The position numbers and the translations under genes are program-made. Positions 61,831-64,000 of a stretch of 64,000 nt of DNA are shown here, piece by piece. Source of the stretch: Macrostomum hystrix (lineage: Eukaryota > Animalia > Platyhelminthes); NCBI GenBank assembly GCA_950097015.1, contig CATNEN010000037.1, positions 620,001 to 684,000 of the forward strand. The letters are read 5' to 3'. Each line of letters starts with the position of its first letter. The stretch's first letter is position 1. The notes beneath the pieces are model-generated. The model was not told the origin of the DNA. It saw only the letters and a program-made list of their open reading frames with translations, and ran no database searches.

Positions 61831-62809
61831 GTCTCCTCACTTCTTAACTCTCCCCCGCGTTTCGAAATAGGTCAACAAATGTAATGCCTATTTTTAGTTG
61901 TAATTTTCTATTGAAGTATTAAAATAACCAAATGCTGCTAGATTGCACAAAATGAAATCATTGGGTCATTGGGTTGGCCTGGTATAATTATATAAGTTAT
62001 TTTTAGCCAACTATTCAGCATTGACATGTCAGTGCTTCTAGAAAATTCTTTTCGCTTATATTCTAACTCCAGTTTATCTGAAGATCAAAAGATTCAAAAC
62101 ATTGCTGCTTCAAGTTGACAGAAACTTTCGGTTTCAGTTCACTTTTAGTTCAGAATTGTTTTCTTCTATTATTAGCCGTTTAAGTGATGCACAAATTAAA
62201 TTTATTTACAAACTGATGCAATGTTTTTGTCATTTTTGCAGTACTTCAGAACTTTATACGCAACTCTGCTGAATGTACTGTCACACTTTATCTGTTTCTT
62301 TAATTTTGAAAGATTTTCACAATTTAAGTGCTTAAGTTTAGTTACACGACTAGTTCAACTGAACTTCATCGAACTTTGATTGAAAATAGCAAAACACTTT
62401 CGTATCGCTACTTATAAGTAGGTCTACGGACAACATTTGTGACTTGACGCTGTTGATTTTTCAATAATTGAGATCACTGCCCTTGTCAGTATTGTAGATT
62501 TCAACAAAAAATTATCGCCCATATAAATGTGACTGTACAAAATAAATTGGTTGCAGCAAATAATAATGAATGAATTCTAGTGCCGTTTCAGACGCGTTTT
62601 GCAAATCTAATCATGCTTGATAAAAAATTCAATACATATCGGCTAGTCCAAGTTGTGTAGCATAATTTGCAGCTGCAAAAGGAAGTCAGTCACTTGTATG
62701 TTATAGCATTCTATTTATTGTGGATAGTAGAATATTTATATGCTTGAGATGCTTATATTTGAGAAAAATATATTATGGCTTCACGACAATTTTGGAGTAA
62801 AAGCAGTTT

Positions 62810-62882
62810 TGGAGTACCAGGGCATCGATCCCTGTACCTCTCGCATGCTAAGCGAGCGCTCTACCATTTGAGCTAGTACCCC
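62810..62882 (-). tRNA. tRNA-Ala (AGC)
   Basis: GGGGTACTAGCTCAAATGGTAGAGCGCTCGCTTAGCATGCGAGAGGTACAGGGATCGATGCCCTGGTACTCCA: 73 nt; acceptor stem with G3:U70; anticodon stem CTCGC/GCGAG with loop TTAGCAT; discriminator A; T4 Pol III terminator at 62799-62802. Confidence 0.96.
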
Positions 62883-64000
62883 ATCTACAATTGCCAGAGC
62901 CACGTGTATACTTTGAATTTGTTGGGAATATATGTGACTGAATATGACTGCATGTTTTTTCTTGTAAGTAAAAAGCGTGTCCCATAAGTAGCGTAAATTG
63001 GGCATTAGGTAAGCTGGGATCGGATGAAAATATCTCGTAAGCATTTGGAAACCACGAACGACTAGGAGTAGACTACTCAGTAGACTCCTAGCAGTCTACT
63101 CCGAGTGGTCCTTGTTAGAAACTTTGACCTAATATTTTCGGATTGTACGAGGAAGCTATAGCGCTGCACAAACCAAGGCTTGAATACAAATGACAGGGTT
63201 ACCTATGCAACTACGAAATTCCACTGTGCGCTTCATTCAGTTTTTATGTAAATGTGCAGCAACTTCTTAACAGCAGATGTTCAGGGTTACCCATAGATAA
63301 TTTAATGCTCTAGAATTTTAATAAACTATAGCTTAAATAAAATTTTAATTAAATAAAATAATATTCAGTTATTGTTCAGTTAGTTAGTTTTGGAGTTCTA
63401 CTCCAAAAGTAAAAGTAGAAGTAGAGTAGAACTCTAAGTTCTACTTAGTTAGAAAACTAACTTAGTTAGCTATAATTTCAGAATTCTCAAGGCAAAAATG
63501 AGTGGCACAACTTCTATAGACAACTTCTATGGTCACCATAGACCATATCTAGATCGCATTTATGATTGACATTAGCATAGTATAAACATTTTAGCCGTAA
63601 CATTTAGTCATAATTTTTCCCTAACCACATAAAAAACTTTTGTTTAAAACACCTGTAATGTTTTAGCGTTAATTTAACAGAGCAGCAAAATGAAAAAATT
63701 ATAACCAAGCGCGCTACGTGGCCCGATAATTATTGTATTGAATTTATGCGCACTGTAGTTTTCTAAAAATTGTAGTTTGAAAAATTTCTGAAACAGAAAA
63801 ACAAACTAGTATCAGTAAGGAAAAGTTAAAATCTTGAAGTTCACTTTAAGTCGACTGAAATTACCATGTTTCTATATGCTGTGTGTGTGATCGATTGATT
63901 GATTATTGATTGGCTACATACATGCGCAACACCCGGCCGACCCGGCCGAACCGGCCGGGTGAAACGAGGGCCAAGCAAGGTAAGTCGCAAAAACCAATTG

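Overview
Eukaryotic, invertebrate-animal genomic DNA with GC-rich exons, very short GT-AG introns and a heavy load of unrelated mini- and microsatellites. This style recalls the flatworm Macrostomum, which is inference only. Supported genes: (i) a 3-exon ALG5 (dolichyl-phosphate beta-glucosyltransferase) on +; (ii) a giant large-lipid-transfer protein (apoB/apolipophorin/vitellogenin family) on -, about 7,100 codons, with one ~20.5-kb coding exon interrupted by four clustered small frameshifts; (iii) a secreted protein with two C-type lectin domains, a (PTQQ)n stalk and a LamG/pentraxin-like domain on -; (iv) an ankyrin-repeat gene on -; (v) a small hypothetical spliced gene on -; (vi) tRNA-Ala(AGC). 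ALG5 intron 2 holds a young BEL/Pao LTR element (356-bp LTRs with no differences seen, tRNA-iMet PBS) inserted into a 31-bp minisatellite. Its single intact ORF encodes Gag-protease-integrase but lacks the whole RT and RNase H region through an in-frame junction, and the insertion has no TSD or canonical CA end. Four copies of a tRNA-derived SINE and about 15 tandem arrays make up much of the rest. Several introns consist of little more than a minimal intron plus one tandem array. All coordinates and splice calls were read by eye.
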